Shown here one piece after another: positions 20,373-30,744 of a stretch of DNA of 64,000 nucleotides. A program made the translations under genes and the position numbers. The notes under the pieces were generated by a model. The model did no database searches. It saw only the letters and a list, made by a program, of their open reading frames with translations, and was not told where the DNA came from. Within the stretch, counting starts at the first letter, position 1; each line of letters opens with the position of its first letter. Origin of the DNA: Thalassobaculaceae bacterium (GTDB lineage Bacteria; Pseudomonadota; Alphaproteobacteria; Thalassobaculales; Thalassobaculaceae); contig OZ245843.1 in assembly GCA_965228875.1 (NCBI GenBank), positions 1,346,616 through 1,410,615 of the forward strand, in the 5' to 3' direction.

Positions 20373-21377
20373 TCACGGAACCATGTCGAACGCGACCAGC
20401 ACCCCGGCGGTCAAGACCACCCAGAGCAGCGACAGCGGCAGGAACACCTTCCAGCCGAGCCGCATGAGCTGATCGTAGCGGTAGCGCGGGAACGTCGCCC
20501 GAACCCACAGGAAGACGAACAGCAGTGCCGCGATCTTCAGCGCGAACCAGATCGGTCCCGGAATCCAGTTGAACGGCGCGATGTCGAACGGCGGCAGCCA
20601 GCCCCCGAGGAACAGCACCGCCGTGATGCCGCTCATCAGGATCATGTTCGCGTACTCGCCGAGGAAGAACAGCGCGAAGCTCATCGACGAGTATTCGACG
20701 AAATAGCCCGCCACCAGTTCCGACTCGCCCTCCGGCAGGTCGAAGGGTGCCCGGTTGGTCTCCGCCAGGGCGGAGATGAAGAACACCACGAACATCGGCA
20801 GAAGCGGGATCGCGAACCAGACGGTCCTCTGCGCCTCGACCACGTCGGACAGGTTCAGCGACCCGACGCAGAGCAGCACGGTGATGATGACGAAGCCGAT
20901 CGAGACCTCGTAGGACACCATCTGCGCCGCCGAGCGTAGCGCGCCGAGAAAGGCGTATTTCGAGTTCGACGCCCAGCCCGACATGATGACGCCGTAGACG
21001 CCGAGCGAACTGATCGCGAACAGGTACAGGACGCCGACATTGATGTCGGCGATCACCATCCCGGCATCGAACGGGATGACCGCCCAGGCGATCAGGCTCA
21101 GCACGAAGGTCAGCATCGGCGCCAGCAGGAAGATCACCTTGTTGGCGCCGGCCGGAAGGATGGTCTCCTTGGACAGCAGCTTCAGCGCGTCGGCGAAGGG
21201 CTGAAACAGGCCGAACGGGCCGACCACGTTGGGGCCCTTGCGCAGCTGGATCGCGCCGATGACCTTGCGCTCGAAATAGGTCAGGTAGGCGACCGCGACC
21301 AGCAACGGCACCACCAGCGCCAGGATCTGAGCGACGATGATCGCGCCCGGAACCACGTAAGTGTCGAAGAACTCCAT
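20373..21377 (-). CDS. nuoH: NADH-quinone oxidoreductase subunit H
   Basis: ERKV...[26 protein letters not shown] and PRYRYDQLM motifs. Confidence 0.99.
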   Translation of the reverse strand: MEFFDTYVVPGAIIVAQILALVVPLLVAVAYLTYFERKVIGAIQLRKGPNVVGPFGLFQPFADALKLLSKETILPAGANKVIFLLAPMLTFVLSLIAWAVIPFDAGMVIADINVGVLYLFAISSLGVYGVIMSGWASNSKYAFLGALRSAAQMVSYEVSIGFVIITVLLCVGSLNLSDVVEAQRTVWFAIPLLPMFVVFFISALAETNRAPFDLPEGESELVAGYFVEYSSMSFALFFLGEYANMILMSGITAVLFLGGWLPPFDIAPFNWIPGPIWFALKIAALLFVFLWVRATFPRYRYDQLMRLGWKVFLPLSLLWVVLTAGVLVAFDMVP

Positions 21378-21400
21378 CGTCTAGCGCCCCGCCCCGCCGG

Positions 21401-23497
21401 TTAGCCGTCAGTTCCGGTTGCCGCGGCCTGCCTCGGCAGCACGAATGCCTCCGTGCATTCGGCCATGGTCTTGGACGCGCGGCTGATGGGATCGGTCATG
21501 TAGAAGTTGTCAACCGGGTAGGCGAACGGCCGGTCGTCCATTGCCCCCTCCGCACCGAACCCGCCCCACTCTGCGGCCTCGATGGTGTCGATCGCGGCGA
21601 AGCTCGGATACTCCTCCCGCATGGCCGCGCGCACATCCTCCAGAGTCGTGAACGGCAGCGTCCTGCCGACCGCCTCCGACAGGGCGCGCAGGATCTTCCA
21701 ATCCTCGCGCGCCTCGCCCGGCGGAAACGAGGCCGCCATGGCGATCTGCACCCGGCCCTCGGTGTTGACGTACATGCCATCCTTCTCGGTATACGCCGCG
21801 CCCGGCAGGATCACGTCGGCCCGGTGGGCACCGCGGTCGCCGTGGTGGCCCTGATAGACGACGAAGGCATCGCCGAAGTCGCCGTCGATCTCGTCGGCGC
21901 CGAGCAGGTAGACGAGCTTGACCGCCCCGGCCTTTGCGCCCTCGACGATGCCGGTCACGTCCCGACCGCCCTCGCCCGGCAGGAAACCGAGATCCAAGCC
22001 GGCGACCCGCGAGGCCGCCGTGTGCAGGACGTTGAAGCCGTTCCAGCCCGGAACCTCCGTTCCATCCGCGTCGCTCGAGGCGGCGATCAGCATACCGGTA
22101 TCCTCGGCGATCTTCCGGGCCGTCGCCAGAACCGCCGCTCCATCCTCGCGGGCCAGGGCCCCCATGCCGACGATGAGCATCGGGCGCTTGGCGTCCTTCA
22201 GGGTCTTGGCGAAGGGATGACTGCCGTCGGCGATTTCGGCCAGGGTCTTCGGACCCGCCCCCAGGTGCTCATAGTCGTAGGTCAGATCGACCGGCGCCCC
22301 GAGCAGGCCGACCGAAAGCGGCCCCTGGAGCCAGCGCTTGCGGATGCGGGCGTTGACCAGCGACGCCTCCCACCGCGGGTTGGTGCCGATCAGCAGGATG
22401 GCGTCGGCGTCTTCGATGCCGGCGATGGTGGTGTTGAAGAGGTAGCCCGCGCGCGCCCCTGTCCCGACCGTCGCGCCATCCTGGCGGCAGTCGAGGTTGG
22501 CGCTGCCGAGCGCGCCCATCAGGCGCTTGAGGGAGTACATGGCCTCGGCGTCGACCGTGTCGCCGGCGATGGCCGCCATCTGGTCGCCCTTCAGCCCCTG
22601 CATGGCGCCGGCCACGGCGGCGAAGGCCTCCGGCCAGGAGGCCGGGTGCAGCTTGCCGTCACGGCGGACATACGGACGGTCGAGCCGCTGCCGCTTCAGG
22701 CCGTCGCAGGCGTAGCGGGTCTTGTCGGAGATCCACTCCTCGTTGATGTCCTCGTGCAGCCGCGGCAACACGCGCAGGACTTCGGAGCCGCGGGCGTCGA
22801 CGCGGATGTTGGAGCCGACCGCGTCCATGACGTCGATCGACTCCGTCTTCTTCAGTTCCCACGGACGGGCGACGAAGGCATAGGGCTTGGAGGTCAGCGC
22901 GCCGACCGGACACAGGTCGATGACGTTGGCCGAGAGCTCGCTGTCCAGCGCCTTCTCAAGATAGGTGGTGATCTCGGCGTCCTCGCCGCGGTTCAGCATG
23001 CCCATGTCGGTCACGCCGGCGATCTCGGTCGAGAACCGGACGCAGCGGGTGCAGTGGATGCAGCGGGTCATGATGGTCTTGACCAGCGGCCCCATCTCCT
23101 TGTCGGTCACCGCCCGCTTGTTCTCGGTGTAGCGCGACGAGTGGAACCCGTAGCCCATGGCCTGGTCCTGCAGGTCGCACTCGCCGCCCTGATCGCAGAT
23201 CGGGCAATCCAGCGGGTGGTTGATGAGCAGGAACTCCATGGTGCCCTTCTGGGCCTTGCGGGCGACCTCCGACTTGGTGTGGATCACCATGCCGTCGCCG
23301 GCCGGGAAGGCGCAGGACGCCACGGGCTTGGGCGCCTTCTCCATCTCCACCAGGCACATGCGGCAATTGCCCGCGATCGACAGGCGATCGTGGAAGCAGA
23401 AACGCGGCACCTCGGCGCCCGCGGCCTCGCAGGCCTGCAGCACGGTCGATCCCGGCGGAACCTCGATCTCAACTCCGTCGACTGTCAGCTTCGGCAT
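21401..23497 (-). CDS. nuoG: NADH-quinone oxidoreductase subunit G
   Basis: PRFCFH..AGNCRMCLVE, NHPLDCPICDQGGECDLQD and RCIHCTRCVRF motifs. Confidence 0.99.
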   Translation of the reverse strand: MPKLTVDGVEIEVPPGSTVLQACEAAGAEVPRFCFHDRLSIAGNCRMCLVEMEKAPKPVASCAFPAGDGMVIHTKSEVARKAQKGTMEFLLINHPLDCPICDQGGECDLQDQAMGYGFHSSRYTENKRAVTDKEMGPLVKTIMTRCIHCTRCVRFSTEIAGVTDMGMLNRGEDAEITTYLEKALDSELSANVIDLCPVGALTSKPYAFVARPWELKKTESIDVMDAVGSNIRVDARGSEVLRVLPRLHEDINEEWISDKTRYACDGLKRQRLDRPYVRRDGKLHPASWPEAFAAVAGAMQGLKGDQMAAIAGDTVDAEAMYSLKRLMGALGSANLDCRQDGATVGTGARAGYLFNTTIAGIEDADAILLIGTNPRWEASLVNARIRKRWLQGPLSVGLLGAPVDLTYDYEHLGAGPKTLAEIADGSHPFAKTLKDAKRPMLIVGMGALAREDGAAVLATARKIAEDTGMLIAASSDADGTEVPGWNGFNVLHTAASRVAGLDLGFLPGEGGRDVTGIVEGAKAGAVKLVYLLGADEIDGDFGDAFVVYQGHHGDRGAHRADVILPGAAYTEKDGMYVNTEGRVQIAMAASFPPGEAREDWKILRALSEAVGRTLPFTTLEDVRAAMREEYPSFAAIDTIEAAEWGGFGAEGAMDDRPFAYPVDNFYMTDPISRASKTMAECTEAFVLPRQAAATGTDG

Positions 23498-23527
23498 CGT
23501 GCCCTCTCTCCCGACCGTTCCTGGCCG

Positions 23528-24832
23528 TTACTCAGCCGCTTCGGCGGTGGCCACAACCGGCTGCCCCGCCTTGTGCGCCGCGATCCGCCGTTCCATCTCC
23601 GGGCGGAAATGCCGGATCAACCCCTGGATCGGCCACGCGGCGGCGTCGCCGAGCGCGCAGATCGTGTGCCCCTCGACCTGGCGGGTGACCTCCTCCAGCG
23701 TGTCGATCTCCTCGACATCGGCGTCGCCGCGCACCATGCGCTGCATCACCCGGTACATCCAGCCGGTGCCCTCGCGGCACGGGGTGCACTGGCCGCAGCT
23801 CTCGTGCTTGTAGAAGGCGGACAGACGGGCGATCGCCTTCACCACGTCGGTCTGCTTGTTCATGACGATGACCGCGGCGGTCCCGAGACCGGAGCGGACC
23901 TCCCGCAGCGAATCGAAGTCCATGAGGATCTCGTCGCAGGTCGATTTCGGCATCAGCGGAACCGAGGAGCCGCCCGGAATGACCGCCAGCAGGTTGTCCC
24001 AGCCGCCGATCACGCCGCCCGCATGTTTCTCGATCAGTTCCTTGAGCGGGATACCGAGTTCTTCCTCGACGTTGCAGGGATTGTTCACGTGGCCGGAGAT
24101 CGAGAAAATCTTCGGGCCGGTGTTCTTCGGCCGGCCGATACCGGCGAACCACTCCCCGCCCCGGCGCATGATGGTCGGCGTCACGGCGATCGACTCGACG
24201 TTGTTCACCGTTGTCGGACAGCCGTACAGCCCAACGCCCGCCGGAAATGGCGGCTTGAGGCGCGGCTGCCCCTTCTTGCCCTCGAGCGACTCGAGCAGCG
24301 CGGTCTCCTCGCCGCAGATGTAGGCGCCGGCCCCGCGGTGCAGGAACACGTCGAAATCGTAGCCAGATCCGCAGGCGTTCTGGCCGATCAGGCCGGCGTC
24401 GTAGGCCTCGTCGATCGCCCGCTGCAGCGCCAGATGCTCGTTGTAGAACTCGCCGCGGATGTAGATGTAGGCGGCCGAGGCGCGCATCGCGTAGCCGGCG
24501 ACCAGGCACCCCTCGACCAGCTTGTGCGGGTCATGGCGCATGATCTCCCGGTCCTTGCAGGTCCCGGGTTCGGACTCGTCGGCGTTCACCACCAGGTAGT
24601 GCGGCTTTTCCTTCACCTCCTTGGGCATGAAGGACCATTTCAGTCCGGTCGGGAAACCGGCGCCGCCGCGACCGCGCAGCCCCGAGGCCTTGATGACCTC
24701 GACGATGTCCTCCGGCGTCTGCGCCAGGATCTCCTTGGTGTTCGACCAGTCGCCGCGCTTTCGCGCGCCGGCGAGGCCGGCGTCGAACCAGCCGTAGAGG
24801 TTGGTGAAGATGCGGTCTTCGTCCTTCAGCAT
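23528..24832 (-). CDS. nuoF: NADH-quinone oxidoreductase subunit F
   Basis: [34 protein letters not shown] and [12 protein letters not shown] motifs. Confidence 0.99.
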   Translation of the reverse strand: MLKDEDRIFTNLYGWFDAGLAGARKRGDWSNTKEILAQTPEDIVEVIKASGLRGRGGAGFPTGLKWSFMPKEVKEKPHYLVVNADESEPGTCKDREIMRHDPHKLVEGCLVAGYAMRASAAYIYIRGEFYNEHLALQRAIDEAYDAGLIGQNACGSGYDFDVFLHRGAGAYICGEETALLESLEGKKGQPRLKPPFPAGVGLYGCPTTVNNVESIAVTPTIMRRGGEWFAGIGRPKNTGPKIFSISGHVNNPCNVEEELGIPLKELIEKHAGGVIGGWDNLLAVIPGGSSVPLMPKSTCDEILMDFDSLREVRSGLGTAAVIVMNKQTDVVKAIARLSAFYKHESCGQCTPCREGTGWMYRVMQRMVRGDADVEEIDTLEEVTRQVEGHTICALGDAAAWPIQGLIRHFRPEMERRIAAHKAGQPVVATAEAAE

Positions 24833-24833
24833 C

Positions 24834-25505
24834 TCAGTCGTCTCCGCCGTTCGATGCCTGTTGCTCCGCGAACCAGGGCGGCACGCCGTCGCTGTCCTTC
24901 AGCGAGACCAGCGATGTCGGCCCGTCCTTCGACATGGACCCGCGGCGCCCCGCCATCGAGCCGACCTCCGGCGCCTTGCCCGCCTTCAGAGCGTCGATCA
25001 GCGTCGCCGTCGTGTCGTAGTCCAGGTCCTCGTAGACGTCGTCGTTCACCTGCACGACCGGCGCGTTGGCGCAAACGCCGAGACACTCGACCTCGAGCAG
25101 GGTGAACTGCCCGTCCGGCGTGCTCTGGAAGTTCTTCGACAGGCCCAGCTTGTCCTTGATGCAGCGCATCACGTCGTCCGAGCCCCGCAGCCAGCACGGC
25201 GTGGTGGTGCAGGCCTGCAGGAACCACTTACCCACCGGAGCGAGGTTGAACATCGTGTAGAAGGTCGCGACCTCCAGCACCCGGATACGGGGCATGTCCA
25301 GGGTCTCGGCGATCGCGTCGATCGCCTTCAGCGGCACCCAGTTGTCGTGCTGGCGCTGAACCAGGTCGAGCAGCGGGATCACGGCGCTGGCCTGCCGGCC
25401 TTCGGGATACTTGGCGACGATCTTCGCGATCTTCTCCCGGCTCTCGGCCGTCCACTCGAAGCTGTCCGGCTGCAGATGGGCTTCCGCGATCGGCTTGGTG
25501 CTCAT
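24834..25505 (-). CDS. nuoE: NADH-quinone oxidoreductase subunit E
   Basis: [15 protein letters not shown] and [10 protein letters not shown] motifs; ATG at 25505 overlaps the nuoD stop. Confidence 0.97.
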   Translation of the reverse strand: MSTKPIAEAHLQPDSFEWTAESREKIAKIVAKYPEGRQASAVIPLLDLVQRQHDNWVPLKAIDAIAETLDMPRIRVLEVATFYTMFNLAPVGKWFLQACTTTPCWLRGSDDVMRCIKDKLGLSKNFQSTPDGQFTLLEVECLGVCANAPVVQVNDDVYEDLDYDTTATLIDALKAGKAPEVGSMAGRRGSMSKDGPTSLVSLKDSDGVPPWFAEQQASNGGDD

Positions 25506-26680
25506 CGGTCGATCTCCCCGAACACGATGTCGAGGGAGCCGATGATCGCCACCGTATCCGCCAGCATGTGGCCGCGCGACAGGAAGTCCATCGCCGCCAT
25601 GAAGGCGAACCCGGGTGCGCGGATCTTGCAGCGGTAGGGCTTGTTCGACCCGTCCGACACCACGTAGACGCCGAACTCGCCCTTCGGCGCCTCGACGGCG
25701 GTGTAGGTCTCGCCCTCGGGCACGTGATAGCCCTCGGTGTAGAGCTTGAAGTGATGGATCAGCGCCTCCATCGAGCGCTTCATCTCGCCGCGCTTCGGCG
25801 GCGTCACCTTCCTGTCGACCGCCTCGACCGGCCCGTCCGGCATGCGGTCGATCGCCTGGTGGATGATCTTCAGGGACTCCCGCATCTCCGCAACCCGCAC
25901 CAGGTAGCGCGCATAGCAGTCGCCGGTCTTGCCGATCGGGATGCCGAAGTCGAAGTCGTCGTACGAGTCGTAAGGCTGCGCCGTTCGCAGATCCCACGGC
26001 GTACCCGTCGCCCGCAGCACCGGACCGGAGAAGCCGTGGTCCAGCGCCTCCTCGCGCGTGCACACGCCGATATCGACCGTGCGCTGCTTGAAGATCCGGT
26101 TCTCGGTCAGCAGGCTCTCGAGGTCGTCGATGAAGGTCGGGAACCGATCCGCCCAGGCCTTGATGTCCTCCAGCAGTCCCGCCGGCAGGTCCTGGTGCAC
26201 GCCCCCCGGACGGAAATACGCCGCGTGCAGGCGCGCGCCCGATGCCCGCTCGTAGAACTCCATGAGCTTCTCGCGCTCCTCGAAGCCCCAGAGCAGCGGC
26301 GTCATGGCGCCGACGTCGAGCGCGAAGGTGGTGATGTTCAGCAGGTGGTTCAGCAGCCGGCCGATCTCTGCGTAGAGCACGCGGATGTACTGCCCGCGCT
26401 TCGGCACCTCGATGCCGAGCAGCTTCTCGACCGCCAGGGCGAAGGCGTGCTCCTGGTTCATCGGCGCGACATAGTCGAGACGATCGAAATACGGGACTGC
26501 CTGCAGGTAGGTCTTGTGCTCGATCAGCTTCTCGGTGCCGCGATGCAGCAGACCGATATGCGGATCGGCCCGCTCGACCACCTCGCCGTCCATCTCCAGC
26601 ACCAGGCGCAGCACGCCGTGGGCCGCGGGGTGCTGCGGCCCGAAATTCATGGTGAGCGGTTTGATCTGGGATTCGGGCAT
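25502..26680 (-). CDS. nuoD: NADH-quinone oxidoreductase subunit D
   Basis: [25 protein letters not shown] and DIVFGEIDR motifs. Confidence 0.99.
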   Translation of the reverse strand: MPESQIKPLTMNFGPQHPAAHGVLRLVLEMDGEVVERADPHIGLLHRGTEKLIEHKTYLQAVPYFDRLDYVAPMNQEHAFALAVEKLLGIEVPKRGQYIRVLYAEIGRLLNHLLNITTFALDVGAMTPLLWGFEEREKLMEFYERASGARLHAAYFRPGGVHQDLPAGLLEDIKAWADRFPTFIDDLESLLTENRIFKQRTVDIGVCTREEALDHGFSGPVLRATGTPWDLRTAQPYDSYDDFDFGIPIGKTGDCYARYLVRVAEMRESLKIIHQAIDRMPDGPVEAVDRKVTPPKRGEMKRSMEALIHHFKLYTEGYHVPEGETYTAVEAPKGEFGVYVVSDGSNKPYRCKIRAPGFAFMAAMDFLSRGHMLADTVAIIGSLDIVFGEIDR

Positions 26681-27318
26681 CAGTTCGCCGCCTCTTCTTC
26701 CGCCTTCTCGTCGCCGGGGAGGATCGACTGCGCACCCTCCCACGGGCTGAGGAAGTCGAAATTCCGGAACTCCTGGACCAGCTTGACCGGTTCGTACACC
26801 ACCCGCTTCTGCTCGTCGTCGTAGCGCACCTCGACATAGCCCGTCAGCGGGAAGTCCTTGCGCATCGGATGCCCCTCGAACCCGTAATCCGTGAGGATCC
26901 GGCGGAGATCGGGATGGTCCGCGAAGAAGATCCCGTAGAGATCCCAGGTCTCGCGCTCCCACCAGTTGGCGGAGCTGAACACCGCCGTCGCCGACGGCAC
27001 CGGGGTGTTCTCATCGGTCGCCGTCTTCAGGCGGACGCGAGTGTTCCGACTGATCGAAAGCAGGTTGTAGACCACGTCGAACCGCGGTTCGCGCTCCGGA
27101 TGGTCGACCCCGCACAGGTCCATCAGTCCCTTGAACTGGCACTGGGTATCGTCGCGCAGGAAGGTCAGGACCCGGATCAGGTTGTTCGTCGCACACCGAA
27201 GCGAAAGCTCTCCGTTGACGACGGCCACCTCGCTGACCCCGTCACCGAGCTGCGCTTCGATATACGCGGCAAGTTCCTTCAGTGCAGAAGCCGCCTCGTT
27301 GGGCGTCGCCGTCTCCAT
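26680..27318 (-). CDS. nuoC: NADH-quinone oxidoreductase subunit C
   Basis: [10 protein letters not shown] and [24 protein letters not shown] motifs. Confidence 0.98.
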   Translation of the reverse strand: METATPNEAASALKELAAYIEAQLGDGVSEVAVVNGELSLRCATNNLIRVLTFLRDDTQCQFKGLMDLCGVDHPEREPRFDVVYNLLSISRNTRVRLKTATDENTPVPSATAVFSSANWWERETWDLYGIFFADHPDLRRILTDYGFEGHPMRKDFPLTGYVEVRYDDEQKRVVYEPVKLVQEFRNFDFLSPWEGAQSILPGDEKAEEEAAN

Positions 27319-27387
27319 GTCGTCGCTCGCCTCGTCCTCGCTGTTGCCGGCGGATGCCGCCGCCGTCTGTCCCGTCAGTACCCGCGG

Positions 27388-27927
27388 TCAGCGGGCGATC
27401 GTCGCCGTGCGGCGGATCTTCCGCTGCAGTTGCATCACGCCGTAGAGCAGCGCCTCCGCGGTCGGCGGGCAGCCGGGCACGTAGATGTCGACCGGAACGA
27501 CCCGGTCGCAGCCGCGCACCACCGAATAGGAATAGTGGTAGTAGCCGCCGCCGTTGGCGCAGGAGCCCATGGAGATCACCCAACGGGGCTCGGCCATCTG
27601 GTCGTAGACCTTGCGCAGGGCCGGCGCCATCTTGTTGGTCAGCGTGCCGGCGACGATCATCACGTCGGACTGCCGCGGGCTCGGCCGGAAGATGACGCCG
27701 AAGCGATCGAGATCGTACCGGCTTGCGGCGGTATGCATCATCTCCACCGCGCAGCAGGCGAGACCGAACGTCATCGGCCAGAGCGACCCGGTACGGGCCC
27801 AGTTGAACAGCTTGTCCGCCTGGGCGATGACGAAGCCCTTCTCCTGGATCTCGTCGCCGACGGCCGTGAGCACGGCGTCCTGATCGGCGCCGGCGGGAAG
27901 CGGTCGGTCGGACTGCATCACTCCCAT
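27388..27927 (-). CDS. nuoB: NADH-quinone oxidoreductase subunit B
   Basis: [24 protein letters not shown] and YVPGCPP motifs; start overlaps the nuoA end. Confidence 0.98.
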   Translation of the reverse strand: MGVMQSDRPLPAGADQDAVLTAVGDEIQEKGFVIAQADKLFNWARTGSLWPMTFGLACCAVEMMHTAASRYDLDRFGVIFRPSPRQSDVMIVAGTLTNKMAPALRKVYDQMAEPRWVISMGSCANGGGYYHYSYSVVRGCDRVVPVDIYVPGCPPTAEALLYGVMQLQRKIRRTATIAR

Positions 27928-28283
27928 TCCAGGGCTCCCTTCTTCCACTCGTAGACGAACCCGATCGTCAGCACCCCGAGGAACGCCATCATCGACCAGA
28001 ACCCGAACAGACCTATGTCGCCGAGCGCCACCGCCCAGGGGAACAGGAACGCGACCTCGAGGTCGAAGATGATGAACAGGATGGCGACTAGGTAGAACCG
28101 GACGTCGAACTGCCGCCGGGAATCGTCAAACGCCTCGAAGCCGCACTCGTACGCGGACAGCTTCTCGGAATCGGGCCGCTGGCTGCCGACCACGAACGAG
28201 GCCGCGACCATGACGATGGCCAGCCCGACGGCGATCAGCAGGAACACCAGGATAGGCAGGTATTCAGTCAACATGGCATCCAT
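27918..28283 (-). CDS. nuoA: NADH-quinone oxidoreductase subunit A
   Basis: [23 protein letters not shown] and [10 protein letters not shown] motifs. Confidence 0.99.
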   Translation of the reverse strand: MDAMLTEYLPILVFLLIAVGLAIVMVAASFVVGSQRPDSEKLSAYECGFEAFDDSRRQFDVRFYLVAILFIIFDLEVAFLFPWAVALGDIGLFGFWSMMAFLGVLTIGFVYEWKKGALEWE

Positions 28284-28493
28284 GGGGAAATCCCCTTGTT
28301 ACGCTACGGCTTTATCACCGTTTATGACGATCCGCATACGCACCGCACAGTTGGGGGGACTATAGTGCGGTGCACCCCGTTACGAAAGGCTGTTGGTCGA
28401 TTTCGAGGTGCGACGGGGGCGCGCACGGCGCCGCTCCGGTCGGTGGTGCGACGGGGCGCCTGCAGGCGTCAACTCTCTGGATTTTCCGAAGGA

Positions 28494-28570
28494 TGGCGGG
28501 AGTGACGGGACTCGAACCCGCGGCCTCTGGCGTGACAGGCCAGCGCTCTAACCAACTGAGCTACACCCCC
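28494..28570 (-). tRNA. tRNA-Asp (GTC)
   Basis: GGGGGTGTAGCTCAGTTGGTTAGAGCG-CTGGC-CTGTCAC-GCCAG-...GGTTCGAGTCC...CTCCCGCCA; 77-nt cloverleaf with encoded CCA. Confidence 0.97.
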
Positions 28571-28626
28571 TTCGGGAGCTCCGGAACCGGTGGATGACCC
28601 GGCCGGTCCGGCGCGTCGAGGCGCGT

Positions 28627-28655
28627 GGTGTACTCGCTCCCCCGGGGGCTGTCAA
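28627..28655 (-). promoter_or_regulatory. sigma70-type promoter of tRNA-Asp
   Basis: TTGACA-N17-TACACC on the minus strand. Confidence 0.5.
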
Positions 28656-28807
28656 CAACCCTCTGGCCGACTTTTTTCGCTTTGCCCGCAAACGGCCCTT
28701 TCGGCTCGGGCGCGCGCCATGCCGCCGACGGAGATGTCCTCCGGTCGGAAAACCCTTAGACTGTCGGCGATCCGTCTCGACCGCTTGGAGATGTGTGCTT
28801 GGACCAG

Positions 28808-29227
28808 ATGAATGCCGGCGACTACGAACGCCTACTGAAGCTGATCAACATGCTGGGCAGCGACAGCGACGGCGAGGTTCTGAACGCCACGAAAGCCATA
28901 AACCGCCTGCTCAACGCCCACGGCCTCGCCTGGAGCGACGTTCTGCTGCCGCGCAAGCTTCTGCCCGTCCGCGCCAACGCGCCCGAGGAGGCCGATGTCA
29001 CGGTGCAGACGGCAGACCCCGAGGCTGTCGGCCCTCCTCCGCTCGGTCAGGCGACGCCCCAGCAGATGTTCGACCACCTGATGGCCAGCGGCAACGTGTC
29101 GCCGGAAACCAAACGCGATATCCGCCGCCATGCCGACGCCGTGAAGTCCGGCCGGATGACGCCTTCGGCCCGCGGCGAACTGCAGACCATGTACAACTAC
29201 GCCGTCCTGCGCCGCACCCGGATCTGA
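28808..29227 (+). CDS. hypothetical protein (N-terminal LGSDxDGEV..A motif), 139 aa
   Basis: Clean ORF with GC3-biased codons. Helical N-domain RLLKLINMLGSDSDGEVLNATKAINRLL...WSDVL, Pro/acidic linker and helical C-domain. Confidence 0.75.
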   Translation: MNAGDYERLLKLINMLGSDSDGEVLNATKAINRLLNAHGLAWSDVLLPRKLLPVRANAPEEADVTVQTADPEAVGPPPLGQATPQQMFDHLMASGNVSPETKRDIRRHADAVKSGRMTPSARGELQTMYNYAVLRRTRI

Positions 29228-29228
29228 C

Positions 29229-29927
29229 GTGGCGCGCGAGTCGGACCTCTACGGGCCGGTCAAACGTTTCCTCGAGGCCCGCGGTTTCGAGGTGAAGGCC
29301 GAGGTCCGCGGTTGTGACGTCGTCGCCCGCAAGGACGGCGGCGAGCCTCTGATCGTCGAACTCAAGAACACCTTTTCCCTGGATCTCGTGCTCCAGGGCG
29401 TCCAGCGTCAGCGGATTGCGGAGGACGTCTATCTCGCCGTGAGGGCGCCGGACACGCCGGCGAAACGCCGGAACTGGCGCGGACGTCGGCGCGCCCTGGT
29501 CCGCCTGTGCCGGCGCCTTGGGCTGGGCCTGCTGCTGATCGACACGGACGCCGCCCTGGTGGAACGCGCCGTCGAGGTCGCCGCCGATCCCGGCCCCTAT
29601 GCCCCGCGGCGGGACAGCGGAGCCCGGCGCCGATTGGCGGTCGAGTTCGACGCGCGGGCCGGCGACCCGAACGTCGGCGGCGTCACGCGCCGCACGATCG
29701 TCACGGCCTATCGCCAGGACGCGATCCGCTGCGCGCAGGTTCTCGCCTCCGAACCCCTTCCCCTGGCCCGAATCCGGGAGGAGGCCGCCGTGCCGCGCGC
29801 GGCGTCGATATTGCAGAAAAACTATTACGGCTGGTTCGCGCGCGTCGCCCGCGGCGTCTACGGTCTCACAGACCTCGGACGGGAGACGCTCGTGCGTCTG
29901 GAGCACGATCGGTGCGAATCGACCTGA
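29229..29927 (+). CDS. DUF2161 family putative PD-(D/E)XK phosphodiesterase
   Basis: RESDLY.PVK.FLE..GFEVKAEV..CDVVA...IVELK...L.LVLQGV.RQ, LCRRLGLG, TAYRQDA and NYYGWF.RV.RGVY.LT motifs; GTG start 1 bp after the upstream stop. Confidence 0.88.
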   Translation: MARESDLYGPVKRFLEARGFEVKAEVRGCDVVARKDGGEPLIVELKNTFSLDLVLQGVQRQRIAEDVYLAVRAPDTPAKRRNWRGRRRALVRLCRRLGLGLLLIDTDAALVERAVEVAADPGPYAPRRDSGARRRLAVEFDARAGDPNVGGVTRRTIVTAYRQDAIRCAQVLASEPLPLARIREEAAVPRAASILQKNYYGWFARVARGVYGLTDLGRETLVRLEHDRCEST

Positions 29928-30043
29928 ACCGTGTCGCGCGCCGCCCCCTGGTGCAGGCGGAGCAAACCCGCACGATCGAATGCCTCCATCGGATCATGAC
30001 CTGATCCAGGTGCGCATCGGCTCTAGGATCGACAGGACGCCGG

Positions 30044-30119
30044 TGGTGGGCGGTGACGGGATCGAACCGCCGACCTAGCGGGTGTAAACCGCTCGCTCTC
30101 CCAGCTGAGCTAACCGCCC
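30044..30119 (-). tRNA. tRNA-Val (TAC)
   Basis: GGGCGGTTAGCTCAGCTGGGAGAGCG-AGCGG-TTTACAC-CCGCT-AGGTCGGCGGTTCGATCCCGTCACCGCCCACCA; 76 nt. Confidence 0.97.
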
Positions 30120-30180
30120 GCACCGGACCGGAGAGTAACCGGACGGCGGATCCTGGCACAGATGCCGGACCGCCTGAAAT

Positions 30181-30212
30181 GAAAACGCCAGCCTCCCCGA
30201 AGAAGGCTGGCG
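30181..30212 (-). terminator. intrinsic terminator after hupB
   Basis: CGCCAGCCTTC-TTCGG-GGAGGCTGGCG-TTTTC on the minus strand. Confidence 0.7.
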
Positions 30213-30234
30213 CCTCGAAACGCAGAAAGGCGTC

Positions 30235-30507
30235 TTAGTTGACGGCGTCCTTCAGGCCCTTGCCGGGCTTGAACTTCGGAAGCTTCGACGCCGGGATGCT
30301 GATCTTCTCGCCGGTCCGCGGGTTCCGCCCCTCGCTGGCGGCGCGGGCCGCCACGGAGAACGTGCCGAAGCCGACCAGGCGAACGTCGCCGCCGCTCTTC
30401 AGAACGCCGGTGATGGACTCGAAGACGGCGTCGACGGCCTTGGCGGCGTCGGACTTGGAGAGATCAGCCGCCTCGGCGACCTGCGCAATGAGATCATTCT
30501 TGTTCAC
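30235..30507 (-). CDS. hupB: DNA-binding protein HU
   Basis: [23 protein letters not shown] and PKFKPGK motifs; GTG 30507 has a G-rich RBS upstream. Confidence 0.97.
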   Translation of the reverse strand: MNKNDLIAQVAEAADLSKSDAAKAVDAVFESITGVLKSGGDVRLVGFGTFSVAARAASEGRNPRTGEKISIPASKLPKFKPGKGLKDAVN

Positions 30508-30687
30508 GTTCAAAGCCCCCCAATGTGGCTGGGTAAATCGTAATCAGCGTCGTCTGGGCGACGCTTGCGGCCAGACTCTATGCCGCTCATTCCGCGTACG
30601 TCAACTTTCGTGAGGACCAGAATTCAAGGTTTTCTGCGGTTTTCGAGCTTGACTTCAAGGTCCCGTCAGCCGTTGACCCCGAATGTT

Positions 30688-30716
30688 AACGGCCGCTCCA
30701 CAATGGGAGCGGCCGC
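30688..30716. terminator. hairpin downstream of lon, with the same stem as 57062-57091
   Basis: AACGGCCGCTCC-ACAATG-GGAGCGGCCGC. Confidence 0.6.
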
Positions 30717-30744
30717 GGCAACTTTTGTGTCAAACTCGATATGG

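Noticed and set aside
21824..25105. 1093-aa plus-strand ORF, and similar long ORFs such as 3523..5298, 31171..33177, 49696..51630 and 53810..55918
   Set aside because: These are antisense shadows of well-conserved genes (nuoG/F, ribD, lon, mfd, recG), expected from strong GC3 bias, and have no recognisable motifs.
24834..26837. Apparent long N-terminal extensions or fusions in the ORF track (NuoE 667 aa, NuoD, Tig, Mce, RibD, esterase 684 aa)
   Set aside because: The extensions are alternative-frame read-through of upstream genes or tRNA. The true starts lie downstream, at the family-typical N-terminus.
28494..30119. Prophage or integrative element at the tRNA genes
   Set aside because: I saw no integrase, no duplicated tRNA 3' end (att) and no obvious compositional shift. 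Only the two-gene cassette is reported.
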